Positions 11,228 to 25,868 are shown, counted from the stretch's first letter. The stretch: 49,688 bases of DNA from Priapulus caudatus (GCF_000485595.1 NW_014577075.1:840141-889828), one strand, 5' to 3'. The notes: generated by a model not told the origin, from the letters alone. Numbers and translations: made by a program.

Positions 11228-12428
11228 TTAAACGTTGTCGTGTTTAGTTAGATCAAACATTAATGTAATATTTTTTAATATTAATATAATATAAATTTTT
11301 ATAAATTTTTTATAATTCAAACGATTTCCAAAGCAGCCACGAGAATTGTACAGCTTACCATTTACAGTGTAAAGTGCATATTAGTAATGCTCTCTAATGG
11401 TCTATAATACGTTGTGTAATATAGTAAGAACAGCAGGCTATGCCCAGTAATGCAAGACAAAATTATACGTGCTGCATGCGGGAAGTAAAATCTATAATCT
11501 CCATGCTGTGGCGGGGGAAAACACGCGAGAGCGACCAATAAACATGAGGCGTGTGCACCTGGTGAACACGGTAATTAATAACAGTAAAAAAGGTATATTC
11601 AGTCAAATTCTCTATACGTTCCCCGAAGCACGCATGCACAGTTTCATTTCTAATGTCTATTATCGCGCACTCCATTAACAGAGAGGGGTCGAGTGATGGA
11701 AATATGTGGAGATGAAAAGGTGGGAGGTGCAGGGGACGTTGGAGACATATAATCCCACATTTCCCAGTTACCACCCACATATTTATAATTAAAACATAAG
11801 TACGTCTATCACAAAATTGTTAAAAGTTAAGTCATTGTCGTAAAATTTGTATCGTGAAAAATGAATGTAACACCGCCCCCTGTTTCTTTTCAAATCACTG
11901 GGCTAGGTGAAGAAAGGCACCAACGGTGGTTGGCTGCCGCCATTGAAAGGTGCCTACGGCCTATATATGGATTTGTCCTCGGTAATAAAACAGCCAGCGT
12001 CAGCGCCATGTTTAGTTGGATAGAAAATAGATAACAAAAAATTATAATATTATTCTCTAATCTCTATGTCTTATTGATGAAACGAAACCAAGCACTAAAA
12101 CTATTAGTTTTTCCCGTGAAGAACGAATTCCTTGAAATTGCTACAGTAAATATTAAGAAAGGTATGATCAAGTGTGCAGCTATACACGATCACATTAGCT
12201 TATGCTGTATACGTTTTATTACCAGATTGACCCGCCACACCTGTTAGTACCTGTGGTAAAAACAATATAATGAGAATAGTTATAATAGCAGTTATTTAAA
12301 CTTGTGCTTCAAATTACAATTAAGCCAACTTAAAATAATTTATTTGTCCGAGTCATATTTTTGAGGCTTCTATATTTGTATCGTCGTCTCTTGCTGTTGT
12401 TCACCCAGTCAGCTAGGCTCGATTGCAT

Positions 12429-12505
12429 AAAACTACATTTCGATTATTTGAAGACTATGTTTATATATATATACCTATCTATAAATAAATGTTTATATAT
12501 ATATG

Positions 12506-12581
<76 letters not shown>

Positions 12582-12733
12582 GAGAGGAAGATGTCGAGCG
12601 AGAGCGCGAGAATGTATGGCGCGCTTGATCGTACTCGGTGAGTTTGCAAGAGCTTCAACCAAAACTACATTTCGATTATTTGAAGACTATGTTTATATAT
12701 ATATACCTATCTATAAATAAATGTTTATATATA

Positions 12734-12804
<71 letters not shown>

Positions 12805-12892
12805 AGAGAGAGAGAGAGGAAGATGTCGAGCGAAAGCGCGAGAATGTATGGCGCGCTTGATCGTACTCGGTGAGTTTGCAAGAGCTTCAACC
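12429..12892. repeat. Tandem duplication, 2 x 232 bp, each containing (GA)n
   Basis: Units 12429-12660 and 12661-12892 identical apart from GA-tract interruptions and one SNP. Confidence 0.9.
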
Positions 12893-13699
12893 CCTCGTAT
12901 TGTTTTCAATTTGTTTTTAACAAACATAGGTATAACTGTAACACAGTAACTCAAGGCTAAGAATATTATTGCACGGACACATGCAGCTGACTAACATTTA
13001 TAGAATATCTTCATGGTGAACTCACCCAACAGACATATTACGGATATATACAGTACATGTAAGATCAACGTTTTGCCTCTGCGTCATTGCGAGCGTGGTT
13101 GCGACTAGACGATTAAAGCCACTCTGGTGGGTCTACGTGAATAAAGATTACTTCTTCATCACGAGATGCCACTAAAAGATATGAATTCCATTTTCCGGGA
13201 TCTACTCGCAGGTATATCTTTGCAAAGTCTGAAATGATTTACCGCATATAGCATCGTACCTGGGCTGGGTTGAATCTACAGCAGTACACTCAGCCTTTTC
13301 TATTTCAATTTACGTATTTCAACATGAAGCAAAATCCCAATACCGTTCGTTTTAAAAGGTTCCCGCTATGGTTAGCAGTGAAAGCCCGACGAAACAACAA
13401 TTTTAAGTACTACTCTAAGTACTTTGTGATATATATAAAAATATATAGTAGCATAATTTGTCGAGCTCTCCTGGGAGTAAATAGCGTTTGTTTACCGCAC
13501 ACGTTTAAAAAATGTGGCTATACACTCGTATACATTAATTATCATGAGGGTGATAGCAAAAACGAAAATTCTTTCATATGAGTCTGGGTGGCCTGATTAT
13601 AATAGCGGAGCCTGCTATATTGATTAGTTATATCGATATTGATTCATGCTGTTAACAAATATAGGTAGGTATATTAAGCGCAAGAGAGAGTCGAGAATG

Positions 13700-15840
<2,141 letters not shown>

Positions 15841-16229
15841 TTGCCATGGGTGGGCCGACTCATTCTAACAATATTTTATGTACTATAAATTGTAATTTAC
15901 GTCATACACATACATCAATTATGCCCAAAGTAAATTTAAAGAAGTAATATTTAGGTAGTCCGCGTAAACACCGCATAAACATTGCTTGTCCGTATACGAG
16001 TTTTACAATTAATGAAAAAATTCAAGAATTATAAAGAAATTTACCAACACGTGTGAGTGGCCCTTAGCACACCACTCCTAAATAACTTGCGAACATGTTA
16101 ATATCTACGATGCGGGATATTCAAGCGCTTTGTAAGTTACCGGTAAACATACTTTAAAGCTGAAAAGATGCCTGATGTAAAGCATAATATATAATCCTTT
16201 GCTCCATTCGTTATTATATATATATATAT

Positions 16230-16230
16230 T

Positions 16231-16262
<32 letters not shown>

Positions 16263-16350
16263 GCGCCGCGTCGCGCGCATGTGTGTGTGTGCTGTGTGTG
16301 TGGTGTTGTGGTGTGTGTGTGCTCGTGGGTGTGGTGTGTGGTGTGTGTGT

Positions 16351-16423
<73 letters not shown>

Positions 16424-16430
16424 TGTGTGT
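16230..16430. repeat. (GT)n microsatellite
   Basis: Direct observation. Confidence 0.95.
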
Positions 16431-17932
16431 ATAGCCTGATAATATTTTTCTTAAGGTTTACTTAATTCGGGACAGCTCTTTCAGCAGCAGGTTCTTAGTT
16501 TAAATGAGACGGTTTTACATTTTCGTTAGCCGCATTAAACGTTACGAGTGATTTATACTGATTTATACCTTTTGAAGTTCTAGGAATTATCGTGCTTTAT
16601 ATCGGTACTATACGTAGATTAAATCCTTTGCTATAAGATCTATTCGTGCCTTGCGTTTTCATGCTACGCCATAGCGCGTTTACATGCGGATAAGATGCCG
16701 GGGAATACAGAACACAATTATTTCTTCTGAAGGTCGAGGGACCACCGAGTTACACCGGACAGAGCAGCCGCCCACTAGGTACGGCATGTTCGCGTAATCC
16801 GGGCGAGCAGACGAATCGCAATGCATATAGCATACATGTTCCTTTGTGAGTCAGTGAAGCGAATCACTGATGATTCGCTATAATAACAAACATCGTGTGT
16901 TACAATAAAAGATACGAGAACAGTTCGTTTTTATGTAAACAAGGTTTTAACGTTGGTATATTTAATGGACCATTTTCCTGTGTATAAAACACATACATGC
17001 AGCTTATAACAACACTATTTAGTTTGTCGTAATGCATTTCACATATTTTACAACTCTAACTACATTTGACCATAAACACAGCTATTACAGCAATATTCAA
17101 CGTGAACAGTCTATTTATATAGTCTATATTTCTCAGTGTACTCGTCGCAGCACGTTTAGATCGAACAGCATCTTGCTATGGGAAGACAAACAATTATACA
17201 TAGCTCAAAGCAACAGACGAGTGAAATAAAATTCATCATGGCGCTTCGCGTGCAGGTAAATATGTATTGCCGTCTGATAGCAGCATATTACTTGACGTGG
17301 CATACATGAATGCGCAGAACGACGTACAGTAGCGTACATGGCCCGTGAGGTGGGTGTACAAGAAATAAAAACCGAAATATGATAGATTTCTCGCGTAGAC
17401 GCCTATACTGCGAACGGTAAATTAAAATATGAAAATCGTATTTATAAAACAGTTGACGTTCTGACGATAAAATTGCGTGATGGATGTCAAGAGCGATATA
17501 CATTATGGAAATTATTCGACGTCGCTGTCATCAGGTAAGGCATACTATAATTACAGGTTCATGGTGGCGTAAAGCTCAAGTGGTGGTCTTGTTATTGGGT
17601 ACTCTACGAGAGAAATTATTCGACGCTAAAGTATTTTGATATCATGCTTTATCCAGTATATATAAAATTGACATCATATAACAACAATTTGATCCGTTCA
17701 TAGACTATTTTCAGAATGTTCGTTCTCACGTGTAGCATAACCTCTTGTATGCATATCATGATCATACTACAGTGGTATTTAGCACCGCTACACATAATTG
17801 TTTGGACCAGCCAATGAAACAAGCACACATTACATACGGCTATGTGCATGTATAGGCCTAGATATAGTTAATACAGTTATACGCATAATGACTTAGTAAC
17901 CGTATTTATGTACACTGAAAATTCACATGACG

Positions 17933-17938
17933 TTTATT
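17933..17938 (-). terminator. Candidate FoxB polyadenylation signal
   Basis: AATAAA on the minus strand ~560 nt downstream of the FoxB stop. Confidence 0.35.
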
Positions 17939-18494
17939 GCATCTGTGCTCCACTATATCGAGTACAGTTGTGATCACTCATGACGTCTCTGGTGATATAA
18001 GACTTGCCTATAATCAATAGCTAATAATAGGTATTATTAGCTTTTGCTATCATGTAACTCTGCGCGTGGCTCCGCTACCAATAACTGTGACATGGCATCT
18101 CATTATGTCATTGACGTGAATTAATTCAAAACTGCGTGAGAATTTATGTCGTTTTTAGCTAATAATTTTGTCAAATCCTTTATCGTTTAATATGATAGGA
18201 ATTTTATAGAAACGCGTGTAGAAAGACGCGTTGCATAATTCCGTTGGCCGTGGCTGTAAGATACGAGTAAAATTTTGCTGCAGTTCGAGTACATAATGTC
18301 CAATTATTAGCAGAGCTTGGAGGCTGGCTATACACGCTGTATCGATTAAACATACCAACGCAAAATATCAATAACGATTTAATCGCGAAACATACATCAG
18401 CGTAATTGTGTACCTATCCCACTGACGTTGCCTCGTCTTTCATAAATAAGTGTCTAGAACGTTGGTGATAATTATTAATTGTCTCTCGTCGACG

Positions 18495-19439
18495 TCATTG
18501 CTGGGAGACCAGCGCCCGAGAACTCATCGTCATAGATTTGGGCAGAGACGACGGCAGCAGGACGGCATTTGTTCGAATCCACCCAGGTAAGGACGCCGAC
18601 GACAAAATAGTACCTTTGATCGCCAACTCGTGCTGGACAGCTGCTGACGATATGCACTGACATGGCGGACTTGTCCCTTCCTTCGCCGGTAGACGCATAG
18701 GAATTCCCGGATGAATTGTCGAGGGCACGGAAAGCACAGGCGTCGGTTTGATCGGCCCCGATATCGAGCACATCGGTAGATGGTGCACGGGCGTGGTGCC
18801 GTGCAGGACGGGGCCCATCACGTGCGCGTGGCCGGCTACTCGGTCCATAGCATCGTGAGGAAAGACGTTCGGGTTGTACGCGGAGCCGAGTATGTTGTCG
18901 ATAGTGAAGGGTTGCTTCCTCGGCTCGGACGTCGCCGTCGTCGTGCTGCTGATCGGCGGCGACGACGTCGGCAGCGTCATCGTCTGGTACACGGGGTAGA
19001 AGTGCGCGGCGGGGTGCAGCCGCGTCTGATGGTGCTCGTGCTGGATGAGGCTGGCCGGGGTCGGCGGACTCATGCAGACAGGCAGAGACCTGACGGCTAA
19101 CTGCGGATGCTTGAATCGTTTCCTCCGTCGTAGGAAGCTGCCGTTCTCAAACATCTCGCCGCAGTGTGGATGCAGCGCCCAGTAGCTGCCCTTGCCCGGT
19201 CGGTCGGGTCGGCGCGGTATCTTGATGAAGCAGTCGTTGAACGACAGATTGTGTCGCAGCGAGTTCTGCCAGCGCTGCGTGTTCGTGCGATAGTACGGGA
19301 AGTTGTCCATGATGAACTTGTAGATCTCGTTGAGCGACATCATCTTCTCGGTCGAGCTCTGAATCGCCATCGCCGTCAGGGAGATGTACGAGTAAGGCGG
19401 CTTCTGATCGCCGTACGTGTTCTTGCCCGGCCGTGGCAT
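18495..19439 (-). CDS. FoxB: Forkhead box protein B (FoxB / fd96C-like), single-exon CDS, 314 aa
   Basis: FoxB-diagnostic N-terminus [29 protein letters not shown]; forkhead domain ...[38 protein letters not shown]...[16 protein letters not shown]-terminal eh1 motif FTIDNIL. Confidence 0.97.
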   Translation of the reverse strand: MPRPGKNTYGDQKPPYSYISLTAMAIQSSTEKMMSLNEIYKFIMDNFPYYRTNTQRWQNSLRHNLSFNDCFIKIPRRPDRPGKGSYWALHPHCGEMFENGSFLRRRKRFKHPQLAVRSLPVCMSPPTPASLIQHEHHQTRLHPAAHFYPVYQTMTLPTSSPPISSTTTATSEPRKQPFTIDNILGSAYNPNVFPHDAMDRVAGHAHVMGPVLHGTTPVHHLPMCSISGPIKPTPVLSVPSTIHPGIPMRLPAKEGTSPPCQCISSAAVQHELAIKGTILSSASLPGWIRTNAVLLPSSLPKSMTMSSRALVSQQ

Positions 19440-19962
19440 TGTTTACATCCACGCTCTATACGCTAAACCAAACACTCAGCTCTGACGATCGTTGTAGATA
19501 AGACTCACAGTTCAATTCGGATTAGGCGCGTACCGGAGCAGTATTACGTACACGCTGCACTGAGTAACGATGCTGAGCCGACGCCGTCACAGTCTCTTAG
19601 GCGTAGCATCGTTCGTGTAAGGCGAGTTGTCTAACGTCAGCATTCGCCATCAGGGTATCGGCGCCGACTAATGCAGGAAATCTCCGTTGCCGATTGCAAA
19701 ATTCGAATGAAAATTAACAACGTTCTTGTAGAAGAGTTCGTGTGACTATATATCTACTGTAGTAATCGCGACTGTGTGCGATTAAATGCTCTGTAAACAA
19801 ATTGCACACCTATAAACATACAGCCCGCCGTCCACCATGTTTTCGCGCAGGAAGACGTCAGTTTGAATCACACTCGCGGCATCACAGCACCTGACTACCC
19901 GCGATGACGGAGTGTCTGGCTCTGCGTTCAGGCGATGGCCAGTTTCTGGACGCTTCGGAGAC

Positions 19963-20219
19963 AAATTGGCGCCGCCCCGGTCACTACCGTGCATTTATAC
20001 CGACAGGGGCCAGCTGATCGTACGACACATCCACAACAGAATTACCGGTTGGCAATCACACAACGAGCATGAATAAACAGATGTGCTGAAATCTGAACGC
20101 CGACATGCGCAACGGCGATTTCGTGCACGGCGAACGCGGTTGGGCCCCGCCTACCTGCGATTGGCTTGCGGTCAATGCACAGTAGCTTGCACGCGTCAAT
20201 CACGGCGCGGGGGCGGAGC
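19963..20219 (-). promoter_or_regulatory. Candidate FoxB core promoter (GC boxes, CCAAT, TATA, Inr); predicted TSS ~19967
   Basis: GC box 20210-20219, minus-strand CCAAT 20160-20164, TATAAAT 19999-19993 and Inr-like CCAATTT 19969-19963 about 30 nt downstream of TATA; CpG-island-like context. Confidence 0.6.
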
Positions 20220-21489
20220 GACAGTCACATCGCGTTTATGTCAATATCGATATTATTCAGCGAAATATGAGCATTTTAAGGATTATTACAGAGAAATCGC
20301 GCGACCGGCGACATTGGTAATACGATAGTTTGGCGGAGGACGCTAGAAATGCAACTTAGCACTTGCGAAACGTGAGATATAGCGAACAGATTTTCAGACC
20401 GTCCACCTGACAAACGCGCGTGTGAAACTGGAATGTGTGCTACGGCGAGTGGGTGAAGGAAACGAAGAATGCGTCGGTAGTGAATGGCGCGAGGCGATTA
20501 CGTCGGCTTTATTGCAAACATCTTGCAAACACCTTTGACATGCTAATGTAAATACAGCAAATACAAATGTAAGTTAAAGAAGCTTGGGTGCCCGCGTGTG
20601 TGGATCGGTTGGGCCGATTGTCCCTCCCCGCTGTCTTCCCTCTCTCCCGGGCTGCCGACCAGCTTTTACGATTGCCCGACGCATTGTCAGCCATTGTAGC
20701 TGAGCGAGTTCTCATCCCGCTCATAATCAACAAACTAATTAAAAGTGCGCGGAACCTGACAAAAAGCCAGCAAGTAGCGCCTTGGAGTGGCAAAACTTGA
20801 TTGGGCTTTTGTCCGGGGCAGCTAATCGGTGCCGGTATCTAAACGACTTTCGGTTAGGTCGGGTGTGAATTGTAACGGGCCGAGCTCGGCAATGTCACAT
20901 TGTCACTGAGAGCAGATTATCCTCCATAAACGCCGGGAGCTCGTCGAGATGCATATTCATGAACCACGTGCGACCATCGAGTCGTGTCTCTTGTCATTAC
21001 GCACATTTGTTTGCCAGATTGACAAGTTGACATTGACATTGTACGCAGCACGTCGTAACCCTGCTCAACCGACGAGGCGGCAAAACTTCTGACACCACAC
21101 GAGTGCTGAGCTCAACGAGCAGAATGTGGCCGAAATAAGGAGCAAGTAGATGCGGCGCAGAATGGGCTGATGATCCGATGCCATTGATCATGGGCTAATT
21201 CCCCGATGCAAACATCTGCGCAAAGTGACGCTGAGTAAGTCAGCAGGGAGAGCGAGATGACCACCAACAAAACGCTAAAGTACATAGCAACGTTAAAGAA
21301 ACTAACTATAAGCGCCCTAAAAACAAGCTTAACTCTATTTTTGCTTAGAACTGCTACTGCTTTCATTGATCCACTGAGTGAAAGGATGCCCGCGTGAGTT
21401 TCTTTTCCATTTTTAACAGGAAGACACGCAGACTATTATATTGCGATCATATATAGAACTTTATAAATACATATATTATATACAGCCCA

Positions 21490-21519
21490 CATACACGCGC
21501 GCACGCACGCACTCACACG

Positions 21520-21567
<48 letters not shown>

Positions 21568-21778
21568 ACAGAGGTACGGATGGCACGTTCAGAAAGGACA
21601 CACACGCACACACGCGCACGCACACACACGCACGCACGCGCACGCATGCACACACACGCTTACTTACGCACGCACGCGTACACATATAGGCGGTGCAGTC
21701 AGATAAATAGACAGGTAGGTAAACAGACAGACCGACCGACAGACAGACAGCCAGAGTCAGTCAGTCAGTCAGCCAGTC

Positions 21779-21817
<39 letters not shown>

Positions 21818-21976
21818 GTCAGTCAGTCAGTGGGCCGCGCGGGCACATGGACACACGCGTGCAATATATAATATATATATATAATTATATATNNNNNNNN
21901 NNNNNNNNNNNNNNNNNNNNNNNNNNNNNNNNNNNNNNNNNNNNNNNNNNNNNNNNNNNNNNNNNNNNNNNNNNNN

Positions 21977-22052
<76 letters not shown>

Positions 22053-22070
22053 AGGGAGGGGAGAGAAGGG
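21490..22070. repeat. (CA)n, (GACA)n and (GA)n microsatellites around N gap 21893-21976
   Basis: Direct observation. Confidence 0.9.
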
Positions 22071-22330
22071 GTGAAATAGAAAACGCATTCAATAGGTGAG
22101 GTTCTAAGATGAAAAAAATTGATTATTGTGTGTTCGAACAGAAGCGGTAACGAAAAGAGTGACATGTAACGCCAGTATACACGATAATGACAAGTACGTG
22201 TAACTAGGTTATATAAAGAAAAGATTCGAACGCAGAAAACGAGCATATGTCGAATACTGATCAGGCTTGTTCATGGTTGGCCCCATTCGACCCGAAATGC
22301 AATTCGGTGTTACGTAATCGCCTTACTTTA

Positions 22331-22617
22331 GCTGAGAGAGTCTATGTCTCCCAGGGTACTGCCGGAACGTACCCTGGTACTATTTAATATGCCGGACCGT
22401 ACCTCGTCTACTCCACTAACGAGTTTAGGGAGTCGCCTACGCCTACTCTCTAATCCTAACCCTAATCCTAACCCTAATCCTAACCCTAACCCTAACCCTG
22501 ACCCTAACTCTAACCCTAACCCTAACCATATCAAATAGTTACCAGTGTACGTTCCGGTATACCAGACCGTACCCAGGGTACGTTCCGGCAGTACCCTGGG
22601 GGACCTAGACCCTATGA
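22331..22617. mobile_element. MITE with ~45-bp TIRs, internal (CCCTAA)n telomere-like array and 11-bp TSD
   Basis: TIR core CCCAGGGTACTGCCGGAACGTACCCTGG and its exact reverse complement; ~13 TAACCC-like units at 22450-22527; GCCTTACTTTA at 22320-22330 and 22618-22628. Confidence 0.85.
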
Positions 22618-23077
22618 GCCTTACTTTACGGCAACAGGTTTTTCACAACCGCACACGCAGTATAACTTTCGTGTTTCGTTATTAGGTAAACATACCAGGT
22701 GTTGCATGAGCGTAACAAAGAAGTGGACTTACGCGATACGTTGCATAGACGAATATCTCGGAGGAAACACGAGTGACACATGCCTGTTATACATACAAAC
22801 ACCGGTCCTTGGCCTAATGCCGTTGTAGAATTCACTGTGGGGAATTACCATAATCTTTACGTAACCATGCATGATTATGTGATTGAATTGTGAATGGAAC
22901 CTGACACATTCTATTTGGGATGTTAATCTGAACTTGTATAGCCTGGCAGATAACCATGTCGCTGAATATGTGGATAAATTAACGCTGAGTAAGATAGTTG
23001 GACAATCACGGCACTTGTTTTAATCCTTACAACCTCTGCATCTCTCCTCGCCCTTCTTTCTCTCCACAGTTCGCGTA

Positions 23078-23520
23078 GTTATGTTGTGTTGTGTTGTGTT
23101 GTGTTGTGTTGTACAACACAACACAACACAACACAACACAACAACATAACATATCATAACATAACATAACATAACATAGCATAACATAACGCAACGCAAC
23201 GCAACGCAACGCAACGCAACGCAACGCAACGCAACGCAACGCAACGCAACGCAACGCAACGCAACGCAACGCAACACAACACAACACAACACAACACAAC
23301 ACAACACAACACAACATGTTATGTTATGTTATGTTATGTTATGTTATGTTATGTTATGTTATGTTATGTTATGTTATGTTATGTTATGTTATGTTATGTT
23401 ATGCTATGCTTATGTTATGTTATGTTATGTTATGTTATGTTATGTTATGTTATGTTATGCTATGCTTATGTTATGTTATGTTATGTTATGTTATGTTATG
23501 TTATGTTATGCTATGCTATG
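23078..23520. repeat. Compound pentanucleotide array with two strand-inversion points
   Basis: (TTGTG)n | (ACAAC)n (ATAAC)n (GCAAC)n (ACAAC)n | (ATGTT)n, running into N gap 23521-24213. Confidence 0.95.
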
Positions 23521-24364
23521 NNNNNNNNNNNNNNNNNNNNNNNNNNNNNNNNNNNNNNNNNNNNNNNNNNNNNNNNNNNNNNNNNNNNNNNNNNNNNNNN
23601 NNNNNNNNNNNNNNNNNNNNNNNNNNNNNNNNNNNNNNNNNNNNNNNNNNNNNNNNNNNNNNNNNNNNNNNNNNNNNNNNNNNNNNNNNNNNNNNNNNNN
23701 NNNNNNNNNNNNNNNNNNNNNNNNNNNNNNNNNNNNNNNNNNNNNNNNNNNNNNNNNNNNNNNNNNNNNNNNNNNNNNNNNNNNNNNNNNNNNNNNNNNN
23801 NNNNNNNNNNNNNNNNNNNNNNNNNNNNNNNNNNNNNNNNNNNNNNNNNNNNNNNNNNNNNNNNNNNNNNNNNNNNNNNNNNNNNNNNNNNNNNNNNNNN
23901 NNNNNNNNNNNNNNNNNNNNNNNNNNNNNNNNNNNNNNNNNNNNNNNNNNNNNNNNNNNNNNNNNNNNNNNNNNNNNNNNNNNNNNNNNNNNNNNNNNNN
24001 NNNNNNNNNNNNNNNNNNNNNNNNNNNNNNNNNNNNNNNNNNNNNNNNNNNNNNNNNNNNNNNNNNNNNNNNNNNNNNNNNNNNNNNNNNNNNNNNNNNN
24101 NNNNNNNNNNNNNNNNNNNNNNNNNNNNNNNNNNNNNNNNNNNNNNNNNNNNNNNNNNNNNNNNNNNNNNNNNNNNNNNNNNNNNNNNNNNNNNNNNNNN
24201 NNNNNNNNNNNNNTGTCTTCTTTCCTTCCACCCCTCCCCCACATGTCCTCTCCCCATCATCCACCTCCTAATTATATTTTATTAAATAATTCATTGCGTC
24301 TGCTTGTTAATGCTAATCTTCCAGACGACTGGGACGTTTTTCATCATCCTACAGCTCTCTATAA

Positions 24365-24403
<39 letters not shown>

Positions 24404-24907
24404 CGTGCGTGTGTGTGCGTGCGTGCGTGCGTGTGTGTATATTGTGACTGTATTAGGTTACTTTACATTACGCTACATTACCGCGAAGCGTGCGCGGCCT
24501 AGTGTTTATTCATGAATTTCACTGTCAGGTCGTGAATATTCGTCAGAGCCTCGCATAGACGTTTCCTTTGTCTGCTTGTTCTAACATGTATTACACATGT
24601 GCCAATTGTCAGCGGAATTCGCCGGTCAATGAAAATTTTCATCATTTTTCTCTGCCTGACGTGCATCGTTCTGTTTGCTTTCCTGCTCTACCTTTTTACT
24701 TCATCCGTATTCTTCCGGCCTTTGCCTCCTATACATTCTGCCTCATCTACAATCTCTCCTCCTCTAACTTTTTTTCTTCTACTACTTTCCAACTGCTAAT
24801 CTACTTTGTTTATTCACTCCCCTCTACCTAATCATCCGACCGCTCTCTTATTCACTTTTTGCTTCCTCTGCATTTTTTCCTCACCTACTCTCTGTCCCTC
24901 CGGTACA

Positions 24908-25452
24908 CCCCCGGGGGGCACTCCCATTGTTAAAGGTACTGGGGACTAGGTTCTGGAAAAAAGTGCGAAATGTGCTGGACAGGGTATATTTTCCGAACAT
25001 CATTATTGGCACAGGGTATATTTTCCGAACATCATTATTGGCACAGGGTATATTTTCCGAACATCATTATTGGCACAGGGTTATCTAGATACACACCCAT
25101 CAAGCTGATATTGGACCAATATTGGCAAAACAATATTGGGCCAATATCACCAGCCCAATATTGGACCAAGATAGGTAGATATTGGTTCAATATAGGCAGA
25201 TATTGGTCCAATATCGGCCCAATACTGGCAAAACAATATCGAGTCAATATCACCAGGCCGATATTGGACCAATATCTGCCTATATTGACAGGACAGGATA
25301 TAACCGAAATGTGCAATATTGCAACAGGATATACTTTTTAGTGCAGAATATTGGGACAGGGTGTATTTTAGGGCGCAAAGCGGTTTGTGACAGGGTCACG
25401 TTTTTAAGGTCCCGGAGGCACCCCCTACCCAGTTGCGAGGCGAGTCCCCGCC
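24908..25452. mobile_element. Non-autonomous DNA element (CCCGGGGGGCACTC terminus) with internal 32-bp tandem repeats and a nested CCAATATTGG-rich insert
   Basis: Left end CCCCCGGGGGGCACTCCC, degenerate right end GAGTCCCCGCCG; 3 perfect copies of CAGGGTATATTTTCCGAACATCATTATTGGCA at 24980-25075; ~11-bp-period palindromic repeats ~25095-25290. Confidence 0.6.
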
Positions 25453-25801
25453 GTCCTTTACGTCCTCTGCCCTAACCACCATCTCACCATTTTCTGCCAC
25501 CTTCACTTTATGCTCGCCAATAAATTATAGTCATGGTTCGGTTGTATAGCAGAGGTCGCGTCCGACGAAAATATTAGATTATATTTGGAGCAAATACTTT
25601 ACATTTACTGCGGCAGTGCATCGGTGCGACAAAGGTTTAACGTTCAGGCCAGGCAGCCATTTCTAGCGCCTCAAACCATGCATCGTATTTACAGCAACGG
25701 AACTATGCGTGTCATACTTACAGTATATTCCATAGTTTTGCGGGGATTAGTGTTTCATTTTATTTCATTCTAATTATGTTATGAAGACATTGTTAAGATA
25801 T

Positions 25802-25868
25802 TATCAGAAGTAGATAATAGGGAATACCTACCACCCCCCTAGGGAGTACCTATTATCTACTTCTGATA
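25802..25868. repeat. Short palindromic element (TATCAGAAG...CTTCTGATA family)
   Basis: 20-bp perfect arms TATCAGAAGTAGATAATAGG / CCTATTATCTACTTCTGATA. Confidence 0.8.

Noticed and set aside
18475..19466. Alternative-frame and antisense ORFs over FoxB
   Set aside because: Shadows of the GC-rich FoxB coding sequence.
22450..22527. True telomere or chromosome-fusion scar
   Set aside because: Short, degenerate, single orientation and enclosed in TIRs with a TSD.
23316..24515. ORFs of 240-400 aa
   Set aside because: Produced by the (ATGTT)n repeat reading through an N gap.
24979..25400. CRISPR-like repeat/spacer periodicity
   Set aside because: Eukaryotic context, no cas genes, the first three units are identical including the spacer, and the conserved motif is only ~10 bp; better explained as transposon subterminal repeats.
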